Positions 1 through 8,557 of a DNA stretch of 24,000 nucleotides are shown in pieces. The position numbers were made by a program, and so were the translations under genes. Source of the stretch: an uncultured Gammaproteobacteria bacterium (GTDB taxonomy: Bacteria > Patescibacteriota > Microgenomatia > UBA12405); assembly GCA_964516665.1 (NCBI GenBank), contig CAZEXG010000001.1, positions 1 through 24,000 on the forward strand, read 5' to 3'. The notes below the pieces were generated by a model. It did no database searches and was not told where the DNA came from. It saw nothing but the letters and a program-made list of their open reading frames with translations. Numbering within the stretch: position 1 is the stretch's first letter; each line of letters opens with the position of its first letter.

Positions 1-47
1 CCAGTTTTGTAAACTGGGCGTCGCGAGTCCGAATCTCGCCTCAGGCT
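1..47 (+). tRNA. tRNA-Thr(UGU), 3' portion only (5' half lies outside the window)
   Basis: Anticodon stem CCAGT/ACTGG (1-5/13-17) with loop TTTGTAA (U33, anticodon TGT, A37). Variable loop GCGTC. T arm GCGAG-TCCGAAT-CTCGC (23-39). Acceptor 3' strand CTCAGGC (40-46), discriminator T47. The T loop has C where U55 is expected. The reverse strand gives a poor tRNA (anticodon ACA, 5-bp D stem). Confidence 0.6.
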
Positions 48-409
48 CATTTAATCTTTTTTAGTATTTCTAAACCCAAATAAGCGCACCTCTTTCTGCT
101 CGAGGTCAACTCCACTCCCATTTTCTTTTCAATTTCATGACCGCTCATCTTCTGTACCTCGCTCAATTTTTTACCTTTAACCATTCCCAATAAAATATCT
201 GCCGCCGCCATTGAAATGGCACAACCGCCACCTTCAAACTTTGCTTCTTCGATAATTCCTTTTTTAATTTTTACGCCTATCTTCAATCTATCACCGCACA
301 AAGAATTCTTATCTTCTATCTCTAATCCACCATCAACTTTACCCATATTCTCCGGATTTTTATAATGTTCTAAAATTATTTCTCGATACAAATCGTCTTC
401 CATTTTCAT
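47..409 (-). CDS. sufU: SufU/IscU-type Fe-S cluster scaffold protein
   Basis: 120-aa ORF with three Cys in the contexts typical of U-type scaffolds (NSLCGD, EGGGCAIS, RKRCAYLG). ATGA start/stop overlap with sufS (406-409). Last gene of the suf operon. Confidence 0.85.
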   Translation of the reverse strand: MKMEDDLYREIILEHYKNPENMGKVDGGLEIEDKNSLCGDRLKIGVKIKKGIIEEAKFEGGGCAISMAAADILLGMVKGKKLSEVQKMSGHEIEKKMGVELTSSRKRCAYLGLEILKKIK

Positions 410-1638
410 CCCTCTTTAAATATATCTAATGCATAATTTATTGCTTCTATTAATTTATCAACATCTTCCTTTTCATTATAAAGTCCAAGACTGATTCGAC
501 TTGTTCCTTCTTCTAAATCAAATTTATGATGTAATGGCATGGTACAGTGATGACCGGATCTGACACAAACATTAAACTTTCTTCCCAAAATATCACCCAA
601 ATCATGGCTTCCCGGCACATATTTCCCCACTAACGATACGGAAATCACCCCTTTTCGTTCATCTTCTGGTCCAAAAATCCTTACTTCCGGAATTTTTTTT
701 AACTTTTCTAAGGCATATTTCGTCAATTCTTCTTCCTTTCCTTCGATTGCTTCCCATCCAATACTATTAATAAAATCTACTACCGCCCCCAAAGCAATCG
801 CTTCTGCCACTGCTGGTGTTCCCGCTTCATAAGCTTCCGGACCTGAAGTATAAGTACTGCCTTCCTTTTTTACCTCTTTGATCATCCCGCCTCCAAACAC
901 CGACGGTCTCATCTCCAATTGTCTTTCATTTTTTACCCACAACACTCCCACTCCTGTTGGTCCATACATTTTGTGTCCTGAAAAAACATAAAAATCCGCA
1001 CCCAAATTCATCACATCGACTGGCATGTGTGCCACCGCTTGCGCCCCATCAACTAATACTACAATTTTTGGATTTATTCTCTTTGCTTCTTTAATTATTT
1101 CTTTAATTGGGTTAACTGTTCCTAATACATTACTTACCTGTGTTAAGGCTAAAATTTTACTTTTTGAGGTAATTATTTTTTCTAAATTTTCCCATTCCAA
1201 CTTATAATCCTCACCCACCTCAAGATACTTTAAAACCGCCTTTTTTCTTTTGGCCAATTCCTGCCACGGCACCATATTCGAATGGTGCTCCATTTCCGTC
1301 ACCACTATCTCTTCACCCTCAAAAATATTTTCCTCACCCCACGATCTCGCCACTAAATTAATTCCGGCCGTGGCACCACTAGTAAAAATTATTTCCGATT
1401 CTTGCGCCGCTCCGATAAATTTTGCCACTTTTTTCCTCGCCTCCTCATATTCTTCGGTCGCCTTTTCTGAAATCGGATACAAAGCACGATTAATATTGCC
1501 ACTAAATTCAGTGTAATATTCCATCATTTTATCTAAAACTATTTCTGCTTTTAAAGTTGTTGCTCCACTATCCAAATACACTAAATCGGGGTTTTTCTTA
1601 AAAATCGGAAAATATTTTTTATAATTTTTTACTGTCAT
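406..1638 (-). CDS. sufS: Cysteine desulfurase SufS (class V aminotransferase fold)
   Basis: 410 aa. PLP-lysine context FSGHKMYGPTGVG, catalytic Cys loop RSGHHCTMPL, and suf operon context. Confidence 0.9.
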   Translation of the reverse strand: MTVKNYKKYFPIFKKNPDLVYLDSGATTLKAEIVLDKMMEYYTEFSGNINRALYPISEKATEEYEEARKKVAKFIGAAQESEIIFTSGATAGINLVARSWGEENIFEGEEIVVTEMEHHSNMVPWQELAKRKKAVLKYLEVGEDYKLEWENLEKIITSKSKILALTQVSNVLGTVNPIKEIIKEAKRINPKIVVLVDGAQAVAHMPVDVMNLGADFYVFSGHKMYGPTGVGVLWVKNERQLEMRPSVFGGGMIKEVKKEGSTYTSGPEAYEAGTPAVAEAIALGAVVDFINSIGWEAIEGKEEELTKYALEKLKKIPEVRIFGPEDERKGVISVSLVGKYVPGSHDLGDILGRKFNVCVRSGHHCTMPLHHKFDLEEGTSRISLGLYNEKEDVDKLIEAINYALDIFKEG

Positions 1639-2063
1639 TTTTCTAAAAATGCTTTGATAATTAATTTTATGGCTTCCTCTCTTTTTAATCCTCGGGACAT
1701 CAAATAAAACAATTGCTCCTCATCAATTCTGCCAATTGCCACCGCGTGCGAAGCTTTTACTTCATTTGATTCAATTTCTAGTTCCGGCATTGCCGTCGCC
1801 ATTGAATTTTCTCCTATCAGCAATACCGCCTGTCGCAAAAATGCCTCCACTTCAGATAGACCTTTATCAATTTTTATCATCCCTTTCAAACTCAATTTGC
1901 CTCCCGGCATTACCACTGCCTTAATTAAAGTGTTTCCTTGTGTCTGAGATTCTTTGAATTCCATTACTGTTTCCACCTCAACTTCCTGATCTTTTTTTAT
2001 TACCAAAAATTTTTTGATCTCTTTACTCTCTCCTCTTTTGTCTAAGACATCAAAATATTTCAT
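1635..2063 (-). CDS. sufD: Miniature SufD-like Fe-S assembly protein (SufBD C-terminal domain only)
   Basis: 142 aa. The C-terminal [26 protein letters not shown] parallels the SufB C-terminus in this window ([26 protein letters not shown]). It sits between sufB and sufS with 4-nt overlaps on both sides. Confidence 0.7.
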   Translation of the reverse strand: MKYFDVLDKRGESKEIKKFLVIKKDQEVEVETVMEFKESQTQGNTLIKAVVMPGGKLSLKGMIKIDKGLSEVEAFLRQAVLLIGENSMATAMPELEIESNEVKASHAVAIGRIDEEQLFYLMSRGLKREEAIKLIIKAFLEK

Positions 2064-3487
2064 CCGATACTCCCTTCCATTTGTAAACCAATTAAACGAT
2101 TAAGTTCAATACTATATTCCATTGGCAATTCTTTAACGATTGGTTCAATAAAACCATTTACTATCATTGTTTCCGCTTCGTGTTCCTCAAAACCTCTCGA
2201 CATCAAATAAAATAATTGCTCCTCGCCAATCTTACTTACCGTTGCCTCGTGTTCTAAACTCGTCTCTGTTTCAAATATTTTATTTGTTGGGTATGTGTCC
2301 GATCTCGATTCATTATCCAAAATCAAAGCATCACAAAGTACCTTAGAACGGGCATTTTTTGCCCCTTTGTTCATTTGAATTAAGCCCCGGTAACTGCTTC
2401 TTCCCCCCCTTAAACTGATCGATTTAGAAATGATTCTACTGGTCGTGTTTTTAGCCAAATGGATACATTTTCCTCCAGCATCCTGATCTTGTCCTTTTCC
2501 TGCCACCGCCACTGACAAAATTTCTCCATGTGCCCCTTCTCCCGCTAAAATCACACTCGGATATTTCATTGTTGTTTTGCTTCCCAAATTTCCGTCTACC
2601 CATTCCATTACTCCCTTTTCCTCGACCCAGGCTCTTTTTGTGACCAAATTATAAACATTTGTTGACCAATTTTGGATTGTGGTATAACGACATCTTGCTC
2701 CTTTCCCTACCCAAATTTCCACCACCGCTGTGTGTAATGAGTCAGTTTTGTAAATTGGTGCAGTGCAACCTTCCACATAATGGACGAATGCCCCTTCATC
2801 TACCAAAATCAGTGTTCTTTCAAATTGTCCCATATTTTGGGTATTAATTCTAAAATAAGCCTGTAAGGGTAAATCTACCTTTACCCCTTTTGGCACATAG
2901 ATAAAGGATCCTCCCGACCATACCGCACTATTCAAAGCTGCAAATTTATTGTCTCCCATTGGCACAATTTTGCCAAAATGCGACCAAACCAACTCCGGAT
3001 ATTTGGCCAACGCTTCATCCATTCCGCAAAAAATAATCCCCTTATCTCTTAATTTTTTTAACAAAGATCCATAAATTACCTCTGATTCATACTGGGCTTT
3101 TACCCCTCCTAAATATTCTTTTTCTGCCTGAGGAATACCCAACTTATCATAAGTCTCTTTTATTTCTTTCGGCACTTCTTCCCACTTTTTTTTCTCGCCT
3201 TTACTTGCCTTTACATAGTAAAAAATATTATCAAAATCTATTTTTGACAAATCGGCTCCCCAGGTTGGCATTACTTTATCTTGAAAAATCTTATATGCTG
3301 CCAATCTAAAATTCGTCATTCTTTCCTCTTCCCCTTTCATCCTCGAAATAGTTCTCACAATTTCCTCATTCAAGCCTCTTTTGGCCTTATACACGTAATT
3401 TTCAGGACTGGAAAAACCATATCTATAAGGTTCTTTCTCCCATTTTTGTTTTTTGTTTTCTACTTTTATCGGGGCAAAACGACTCAT
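2060..3487 (-). CDS. sufB: Fe-S cluster assembly protein SufB
   Basis: 475 aa of typical SufB sequence ([48 protein letters not shown]). Overlaps sufC and sufD by 4 nt. Confidence 0.9.
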   Translation of the reverse strand: MSRFAPIKVENKKQKWEKEPYRYGFSSPENYVYKAKRGLNEEIVRTISRMKGEEERMTNFRLAAYKIFQDKVMPTWGADLSKIDFDNIFYYVKASKGEKKKWEEVPKEIKETYDKLGIPQAEKEYLGGVKAQYESEVIYGSLLKKLRDKGIIFCGMDEALAKYPELVWSHFGKIVPMGDNKFAALNSAVWSGGSFIYVPKGVKVDLPLQAYFRINTQNMGQFERTLILVDEGAFVHYVEGCTAPIYKTDSLHTAVVEIWVGKGARCRYTTIQNWSTNVYNLVTKRAWVEEKGVMEWVDGNLGSKTTMKYPSVILAGEGAHGEILSVAVAGKGQDQDAGGKCIHLAKNTTSRIISKSISLRGGRSSYRGLIQMNKGAKNARSKVLCDALILDNESRSDTYPTNKIFETETSLEHEATVSKIGEEQLFYLMSRGFEEHEAETMIVNGFIEPIVKELPMEYSIELNRLIGLQMEGSIG

Positions 3488-4215
3488 TTTTTCTCTTCAA
3501 AACCTTTATCTTCAATTTTCCTTACCAGTTCCATTCCCCCTTTTTCTTTTACTTTTCCTTTTTCCATTATGATTACCTGATCAGCCTTTAGATAATTTAA
3601 AATCCGGCTGTAATGAGTAATCACCAGCACTCCCACATTATTTTCTTTCACCATTTTCTTCACTCTCAACGCAATTGTTTTTAAAGCATCTACATCTAAA
3701 CCCGAATCAATTTCGTCTAAAATGATATATTTTGGCCTGGAAAGTACCATTTGCAACACTTCCATCTTTTTTCTTTCTCCACCTGAAAAACCATCATTCA
3801 GCCCTCTTTCCAACAAATCTTTTTTTAACTGTAATTTATCCGCTTCTTCATCCAACCATTCCCGAAACTCCATTAAGTCCATTCTTTTTTCTCCGGCAAA
3901 TTTTTTATAAATCTGCCACAAAAAACTTTTTACTCCTAAGCCGGGAATCGCCACCGGCGCCTGATTAGCTAAAAATAGACCGCTCATTGCCCTCTCATTT
4001 GGACTTAATTCATTAATTTCTTCCTTATCCAAGGTGATTTTTCCCTCATCCAAAATATATTTTGGATGTCCAGCCAAAGTGTAAGCCAAACTTGATTTAC
4101 CGCTTCCATTAGGACCCATCAAGGCCACCACTTCTCCACCTTTTATCTCCAAATCAACATCCGTTAAAATCGCTTTACCTTCAACCGAAACCTTTATTTT
4201 TTTGCTTTGCAACAT
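3484..4215 (-). CDS. sufC: Fe-S cluster assembly ATPase SufC (ABC-type)
   Basis: 243 aa. Walker [13 protein letters not shown] signature FSGGERKK, Walker [14 protein letters not shown]-loop ITHY. Confidence 0.92.
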   Translation of the reverse strand: MLQSKKIKVSVEGKAILTDVDLEIKGGEVVALMGPNGSGKSSLAYTLAGHPKYILDEGKITLDKEEINELSPNERAMSGLFLANQAPVAIPGLGVKSFLWQIYKKFAGEKRMDLMEFREWLDEEADKLQLKKDLLERGLNDGFSGGERKKMEVLQMVLSRPKYIILDEIDSGLDVDALKTIALRVKKMVKENNVGVLVITHYSRILNYLKADQVIIMEKGKVKEKGGMELVRKIEDKGFEEKK

Positions 4216-4239
4216 ACTCGTACTATTTTAGTAGGAGTA
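4215..4239. promoter_or_regulatory. 11-bp imperfect inverted repeat abutting the sufC start codon (candidate operator or 5'-UTR hairpin)
   Basis: TACTCGTACTA (4215-4225) TTT TAGTAGGAGTA (4229-4239). The arms match 10 of 11 as reverse complements. It lies directly upstream of the sufC ATG (4213-4215 on the minus strand). Confidence 0.25.
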
Positions 4240-4494
4240 AAGCTAAAACACAATAGCCAATTATCCTATAATCACTCTCTCTTTAAAAAATCTGGAATTC
4301 CTGCCACGATTCTTCTTTTTGGCACTCCATATATCAAACAATTCACCATTGCTTCCGCTATCTCCTTTTCACTCATGTCGTCAAAAATTAAGCGAAATCT
4401 CTCCCCTGTCTTTGAATCAAAAATTTCTACACTCGGTCCTTTTACTGTCTCATCTCCTATATTCGCATTATAACAATTTCTTTAAACAAAAATG

Positions 4495-4567
4495 AGCCCG
4501 GAATGAAACTTGAATTCATGACCTTCCCCTTACCAAGGGGATGCTCTACCAACTGAGCTATCCGGGC
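4495..4567 (-). tRNA. tRNA-Thr(GGU)
   Basis: The minus strand reads GCCCGGA TA GCTC AGTTGGTA GAGC A TCCCC TTGGTAA GGGGA AGGTC ATGAA TTCAAGT TTCAT TCCGGGC T. This is a full cloverleaf of 73 nt with anticodon GGT. CCA is not encoded. Confidence 0.9.
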
Positions 4568-4595
4568 ATTACGGATATATTTTACACTATCAGAG

Positions 4596-4677
4596 CGGAG
4601 GGTACAGGGGTCGAACCTGTTAGCCCTTGCGGACACTAGTTTTCAAGACTAGCGCATTACCGTCCTGCCCACCCTCC
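4596..4677 (-). tRNA. tRNA-Ser(UGA), class II with long variable arm
   Basis: On the minus strand: acceptor GGAGGGT/ACCCTCC, anticodon arm CTAGT-CTTGAAA-ACTAG (anticodon TGA), long variable arm TGTCCGCAAGGGCTA, T arm ACAGG-TTCGACC-CCTGT, discriminator G. Confidence 0.85.
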
Positions 4678-4723
4678 TTGATACATTCTGATTATACCAA
4701 CAAAATGTTATCCTTAATTACCT

Positions 4724-5020
4724 ATGAACATCCAAATCACTGGTGATAACTTTGAACTGTCCGAAAATACTAAAAAGCTCGTTGACGAAAAGATAGGCCA
4801 AAAATTAGAAAAACTCCTCTCTACTTTTGCCCCGGAAATGAAAACAGCTGATCTTCGCATCGAAAAAGACAAACTCGACAACTTTCACCTTCATTTTGCC
4901 ATGAATCTTCCCGGCAAGGAACAAATTTTCTCCGAAACCACCCATAAATTTCTCGAAGCCGCTCTAATCGATCTCGAAGAACAAGTTGAAAGACAAATCA
5001 ATAAATACCGTCTCCATTGA
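4724..5020 (+). CDS. hpf: Ribosome hibernation promoting factor / RaiA family (short form)
   Basis: 98 aa. The N-terminus MNIQITGDNFELSENTKKLVDEKI and the overall size match the sigma-54 modulation protein/HPF/YfiA family. Confidence 0.8.
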   Translation: MNIQITGDNFELSENTKKLVDEKIGQKLEKLLSTFAPEMKTADLRIEKDKLDNFHLHFAMNLPGKEQIFSETTHKFLEAALIDLEEQVERQINKYRLH

Positions 5021-5052
5021 TAATTTTCGCTTAATCCACTACAATACAGCCT

Positions 5053-5232
5053 ATGGCAAAAGCAAAAAAATCACCTCGTATTTTAATCGCCCTCTGTTGC
5101 TCAGTTTGTGGCGCTCAAAATTACCTGACCGAAAAAAATAAAACTAATACTCCGGATAAACTTAAGTTCAATAAATACTGCCGTTGGTGCAAAAAGAATA
5201 CCGAACACAAAGAAAGTACCAAGCTCAAATAA
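5053..5232 (+). CDS. rpmG: 50S ribosomal protein L33
   Basis: Not in the ORF track (59 aa). Hand translation: MAKAKKSPRILIALCCSVCGAQNYLTEKNKTNTPDKLKFNKYCRWCKKNTEHKESTKLK. It has the CxxC...CxxC zinc-ribbon form of L33 and the typical KNK.N.P.KL.. and HKE motifs. Confidence 0.85.
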   Translation: MAKAKKSPRILIALCCSVCGAQNYLTEKNKTNTPDKLKFNKYCRWCKKNTEHKESTKLK

Positions 5233-5993
5233 CTTGGGCTTTGGAAAACATCTACATTTCCCCGCTTGAACTCTGCAATCTCAAGTGCCAGTATTGCTAT
5301 ACCCATAAAACAAAAAATATCCTATCTAACAGGCAAATTTTGTCATTCATCCGCCGATATCAAAAGCACGTTAAATTAAAATCTATTATTTTTTGCGGCG
5401 GTGAAGTTTTCACCCTCAAAAATTTTCCTCGTCTAGTTAACAAACTCATTTCCCAGGGCATTTTTATTTCTATCATCACTAACGGCACCATTGATGTTCT
5501 TAAAAAAATTAAAGATCCACGTAACTGTCAACTCATTGTCTCCTTCGACGGCCCGGAAAAAATTCACGACCAAAACCGTGGTCAAGGTAATTTCGCTAAA
5601 TCGAAAAAATTTGTTGACCACGCTCTAAAACTAGCTTTTCCTGTCGAAATTTTTTATTTAGTCACCAAGGATTCCTACCCTCACATAGATTCCCTGCCTA
5701 CCCTTTTTCCCCAAAACATTCATTTTACCTATCTCACCGACCGTCTTGGCTCTCTAAATTTTGATCAAATTAAAAACATTCGGGAAAATTATTCTGTTTT
5801 CCCTCCCAAAAATTTCCACTGCTCCCAACTTTCTCTTGAATCCGACGGTCAATTTTACCCCTGCTGCGAGTCTCAAAAGTCCTTCGCCTCCCTTCACGAT
5901 CCTGTCTCTAAAATAGTATCTCGCTATCTCGCCCTCTATTCTGCCAATCCCACTTGTCCCGACCCCGATTATTTTTGTGATTTAAAAAAATGA
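5184..5993 (+). CDS. Radical SAM enzyme with C-terminal SPASM/twitch-like Cys cluster
   Basis: CNLKCQYCY gives the CX3CX2C motif near the N-terminus. Also a GGE-like FCGGEVF, SFDGPEKIHDQNRG, and C-terminal CSQLSLESDGQFYPCCES plus CPDPDYFC. The track start is TTG 5184, which overlaps rpmG by 49 nt. An in-frame TTG at 5241, just after the rpmG stop, is an equally plausible start. Confidence 0.8.
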   Translation: MVQKEYRTQRKYQAQITWALENIYISPLELCNLKCQYCYTHKTKNILSNRQILSFIRRYQKHVKLKSIIFCGGEVFTLKNFPRLVNKLISQGIFISIITNGTIDVLKKIKDPRNCQLIVSFDGPEKIHDQNRGQGNFAKSKKFVDHALKLAFPVEIFYLVTKDSYPHIDSLPTLFPQNIHFTYLTDRLGSLNFDQIKNIRENYSVFPPKNFHCSQLSLESDGQFYPCCESQKSFASLHDPVSKIVSRYLALYSANPTCPDPDYFCDLKK

Positions 5994-6757
5994 CACAATC
6001 TGATCTATTAAAATCTATTCGCCAATATTTCTGGAATCTAAATTTCACTGAAGTTGAAACTCCCTATCTTAATTCTTCCCTCCCTTTAGAACCCAATCTT
6101 TACACTTTTAAAACTACTTGGACTCATCGTCATCAGGATTTTTATCTTCCTTGCTCCCCCGAGTTTTCTCTCAAAAAATTTTTAGCCGAAAATAAACAAA
6201 ATTGTTTTGCCATCTCCCATTGTTTTCGCGATCTTGAAAATGAAGGTCCGGATCATACACCTGAATTTCTAATGCTCGAATGGTACGAAATTGGTAAAAA
6301 CTATCGGGACCTGATACTCTCGACCCAAAACTTTATTAATAATTTTTTAGATATCGAATTTACTGAATATACCCTCCCTTTAAATCTTCCCGACAACGAA
6401 GCGGATTTCAACCAATTTTTTCTCAATGAAATTGAACCTAATTTACCCAAAAATAAGGCTGTTTTCGTCACCGGTTATCCGACTTTTCTCTCCCCCCTAG
6501 CTAAAGCTGGTGAACGTTTTGAACTTTATCTAAACGGTACTGAAATTGCCAACGCCTGCACTGAAAACACCGACTCGGACTCTATTGTTAAAGCCTTTGA
6601 AAGCGAAAAACAATTTCGTCTTCAAAATAATCTCCCTCTTCACCCCTTCAACGTAACTTTTGCTGCAAATTCTGCTAAACTAGAATTAAGTTCAGGTATT
6701 GGACTTGGCATTGACCGTTTATTGAAAATAATTAATCAAAATGACCGTATCAGATAG
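5990..6757 (+). CDS. EpmA/GenX/PoxA-like truncated class II (IIb) aminoacyl-tRNA synthetase paralog (no anticodon-binding domain)
   Basis: 255 aa. Motif 1 region FTEVETPYL, SPEFSLKKFL, motif 2 CFRDLENEGPDHTPEFLMLEWY, ERFELYLNGTEIANA, motif 3 SGIGLGIDRLL. The colinear pattern matches E. coli EpmA as I recall it (EVETP, SPEYHMKRLL, FRNEE..HNPEFTMLEWY, ERFEVYYKGIELANG, GVALGVDRL). ATGA overlap with the radical SAM gene. Confidence 0.75.
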   Translation: MTQSDLLKSIRQYFWNLNFTEVETPYLNSSLPLEPNLYTFKTTWTHRHQDFYLPCSPEFSLKKFLAENKQNCFAISHCFRDLENEGPDHTPEFLMLEWYEIGKNYRDLILSTQNFINNFLDIEFTEYTLPLNLPDNEADFNQFFLNEIEPNLPKNKAVFVTGYPTFLSPLAKAGERFELYLNGTEIANACTENTDSDSIVKAFESEKQFRLQNNLPLHPFNVTFAANSAKLELSSGIGLGIDRLLKIINQNDRIR

Positions 6758-7310
6758 AGGCGAGTTACCTTCAAGGCATCCCAAAAAAAAATCAACCTAT
6801 CACATCATAAAACAATTCCAAATCGCCAACAAAGAAAAAGAATATGCTGTCAACCATGACGAACTTACCGGCCTATATAACCAAAGATTTTGGCTAACCG
6901 AAGTTGATCGTCTCACTAATAGTCGAAATCGTTTTACCGTCGCCGTCGTTGATCTTGACGGTTTCAAACAAGTCAACGACTCAGAAGGACATTCTGCTGG
7001 TAATCAAACTTTGGTCAACACAGCCGAATTTCTTAAATCCGCTTTTCGTGGTAGCGACATCATTGCCAGAACCGGCGGCGATGAGTTTGCAATTCTATTG
7101 GAACTATCCCCTGAAATCGACCAAGAAGAATTACTAAATACTATTAGCCATCGCTTGAGTGCTGGTCAACAAGCACTAAATTTCTCTTATGGAATTTCCC
7201 AATGTAGTAGTGGTGAGGGACTTAAACAGTGTATTGAAGAATCAGATCAACTTATGTACGACAATAAAAAACAAAGAAAAAAAGTAGAAACTAGTATAGA
7301 ATATACTTGA
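6741..7310 (+). CDS. Stand-alone GGDEF-domain diguanylate cyclase (no sensor domain)
   Basis: 189 aa. HDELTGLYNQRFW, VAVVDLDGFKQVND, active site RTGGDEFAILL, and an RxxD I-site (RGSD) exactly 5 residues upstream of GGDEF. Overlaps the preceding gene by 17 nt. Confidence 0.85.
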   Translation: MTVSDRGELPSRHPKKKSTYHIIKQFQIANKEKEYAVNHDELTGLYNQRFWLTEVDRLTNSRNRFTVAVVDLDGFKQVNDSEGHSAGNQTLVNTAEFLKSAFRGSDIIARTGGDEFAILLELSPEIDQEELLNTISHRLSAGQQALNFSYGISQCSSGEGLKQCIEESDQLMYDNKKQRKKVETSIEYT

Positions 7311-7311
7311 T

Positions 7312-7482
7312 ATGGCTAAAGACATTAAAAATACTCTCAAAACTCCTCAAAGCACCAAACCTTTTTCGGAAAGAGTTCCTTTTAAAAATCCTTTTTTTCA
7401 ACAAAAATCACTCATCCCCAAGGGTGGAAAATCTTTCAACACTTCTTTTCGAAATCAAAATCGCGGTAGCGGCGGCAAATAA
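7312..7482 (+). CDS. Hypothetical small basic protein (56 aa), not in the ORF track
   Basis: Hand translation: MAKDIKNTLKTPQSTKPFSERVPFKNPFFQQKSLIPKGGKSFNTSFRNQNRGSGGK. The ATG starts 1 nt after the GGDEF stop (TGAtATG). The ORF exactly fills the gap to the convergent dCMP deaminase gene. No homolog recognised. Confidence 0.35.
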   Translation: MAKDIKNTLKTPQSTKPFSERVPFKNPFFQQKSLIPKGGKSFNTSFRNQNRGSGGK

Positions 7483-7493
7483 TCAATCCCTAA

Positions 7494-7982
7494 TTATTTC
7501 GAATATTGCAGTACTTCATCAAATTTATATTCGATTTTTATCCCCGCTTTCTTCAACATTTCTTCAGATTCCAAACCGGCATGGTACTTCCTTTCGCAGT
7601 AAATTCTTTTTATGCCACAGTTTATTAGTAGCATGGCACAGGTTCGACACGGTGTCATTCTAATATAAATTGTTGCCCCTTCAATTGAAATTCCCTTCTT
7701 TGCTGCCTGGCAGATCGCATTTTGCTCCGCATGCACCGTTCGCATACAATGTTCGCTTTTTGTTCCATCTTCATCAATTACCGTTTTCATCAAATGTCCC
7801 ACCTCGTCACAATGAGCTATACCTGAAGGCGATCCGGAATAACCTGTCGCCAAAATTTGTTTATCTTTCACAATTACGCAAGCAGTTCTACCCCTATCAC
7901 AGGTTGATCTTTTTCCCACCACATCCATAATTTCTAAAAAATAATCGTCCCAACTCGGTCGGACATATTTGTTATCTGTCAT
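7494..7982 (-). CDS. comEB: dCMP deaminase (ComEB/Dcd-type cytidine/deoxycytidylate deaminase)
   Basis: 162 aa. Zinc-binding motifs HAEQNAI and PCRTCAMLL at the spacing typical of dCMP deaminases. Confidence 0.88.
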   Translation of the reverse strand: MTDNKYVRPSWDDYFLEIMDVVGKRSTCDRGRTACVIVKDKQILATGYSGSPSGIAHCDEVGHLMKTVIDEDGTKSEHCMRTVHAEQNAICQAAKKGISIEGATIYIRMTPCRTCAMLLINCGIKRIYCERKYHAGLESEEMLKKAGIKIEYKFDEVLQYSK

Positions 7983-8541
7983 TATTTTGAATAATTTTTA
8001 ATATTTTTTCTATTTGTTTTTCCAATTCTTCTATTTTTCCGTCATTTTTAACCACAAAATCTGCCAACTGCCGGCAAGCGTTTAAATTCTGTTTATTCGG
8101 ATCATCTGATTCACTTTCCTTCTTCTCCTGCACCGCAAATTCCTCAAAACTTACATTGTCCTTTTCACTGCCTCTTGTCGAAATTCTTTCATACCTTGTT
8201 CTCTGATCCGCATCTACTGCCAGCAATATTCCTCCAACTTTTTTTAATTTATTTACCTCTCCGACAGTCCTAATACTTTCCACTATTGTATTCTCTTTAC
8301 TCCCTCCAGCCCTTCTCAACAATTCTTCCACAATATAGCCTGACCCATATCTTGCTCTTAAATCATTTGCCACCACAATCATACTATCCCTATTTACCGG
8401 CATATTTCTTTTCACAATCTCTTCTGTTATTAGTCCACTAGCACTAAAATGTTCAAAATTTTTTTGCTTTTTCAAATATTCAACTATCGTTCCTTTACCC
8501 GCTCCATTCGTTCCAGTAATTCCTATAATTATCCTTTCCAT
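7972..8541 (-). CDS. P-loop nucleotide/nucleoside kinase (dephospho-CoA kinase / NMP kinase-like fold), specificity unknown
   Basis: 189 aa. N-terminal Walker A IGITGTNGAGKGT, with size and layout of small nucleotide kinases. Overlaps the dCMP deaminase gene by 11 nt. Confidence 0.55.
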   Translation of the reverse strand: MERIIIGITGTNGAGKGTIVEYLKKQKNFEHFSASGLITEEIVKRNMPVNRDSMIVVANDLRARYGSGYIVEELLRRAGGSKENTIVESIRTVGEVNKLKKVGGILLAVDADQRTRYERISTRGSEKDNVSFEEFAVQEKKESESDDPNKQNLNACRQLADFVVKNDGKIEELEKQIEKILKIIQNNDR

Positions 8542-8557
8542 TTTCTTAATATAGCAT

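Noticed and set aside
4272-4481. Minus-strand open frame between the tRNAs and sufC (…GDETVKGPSVEIFDSKTGERFRLIFDDMSEKEIAEAMVNCLIYGVPKRRIVAGIPDFLKRE)
   Set aside because: The sequence looks protein-like, but the 69-codon frame has no ATG, GTG or TTG before an internal ATG (4376) that would give only 34 aa. It is possibly a gene remnant or uses a rare start, and is not supportable as a feature. The 88-aa plus-strand ORF (4207-4473) over the same region looks like a shadow ORF.
7307-7663. 118-aa plus-strand ORF after the GGDEF gene
   Set aside because: It overlaps the well-supported dCMP deaminase gene on the opposite strand and has a low-complexity sequence. The 56-aa ORF in another frame (7312-7482) fits the intergenic gap better.
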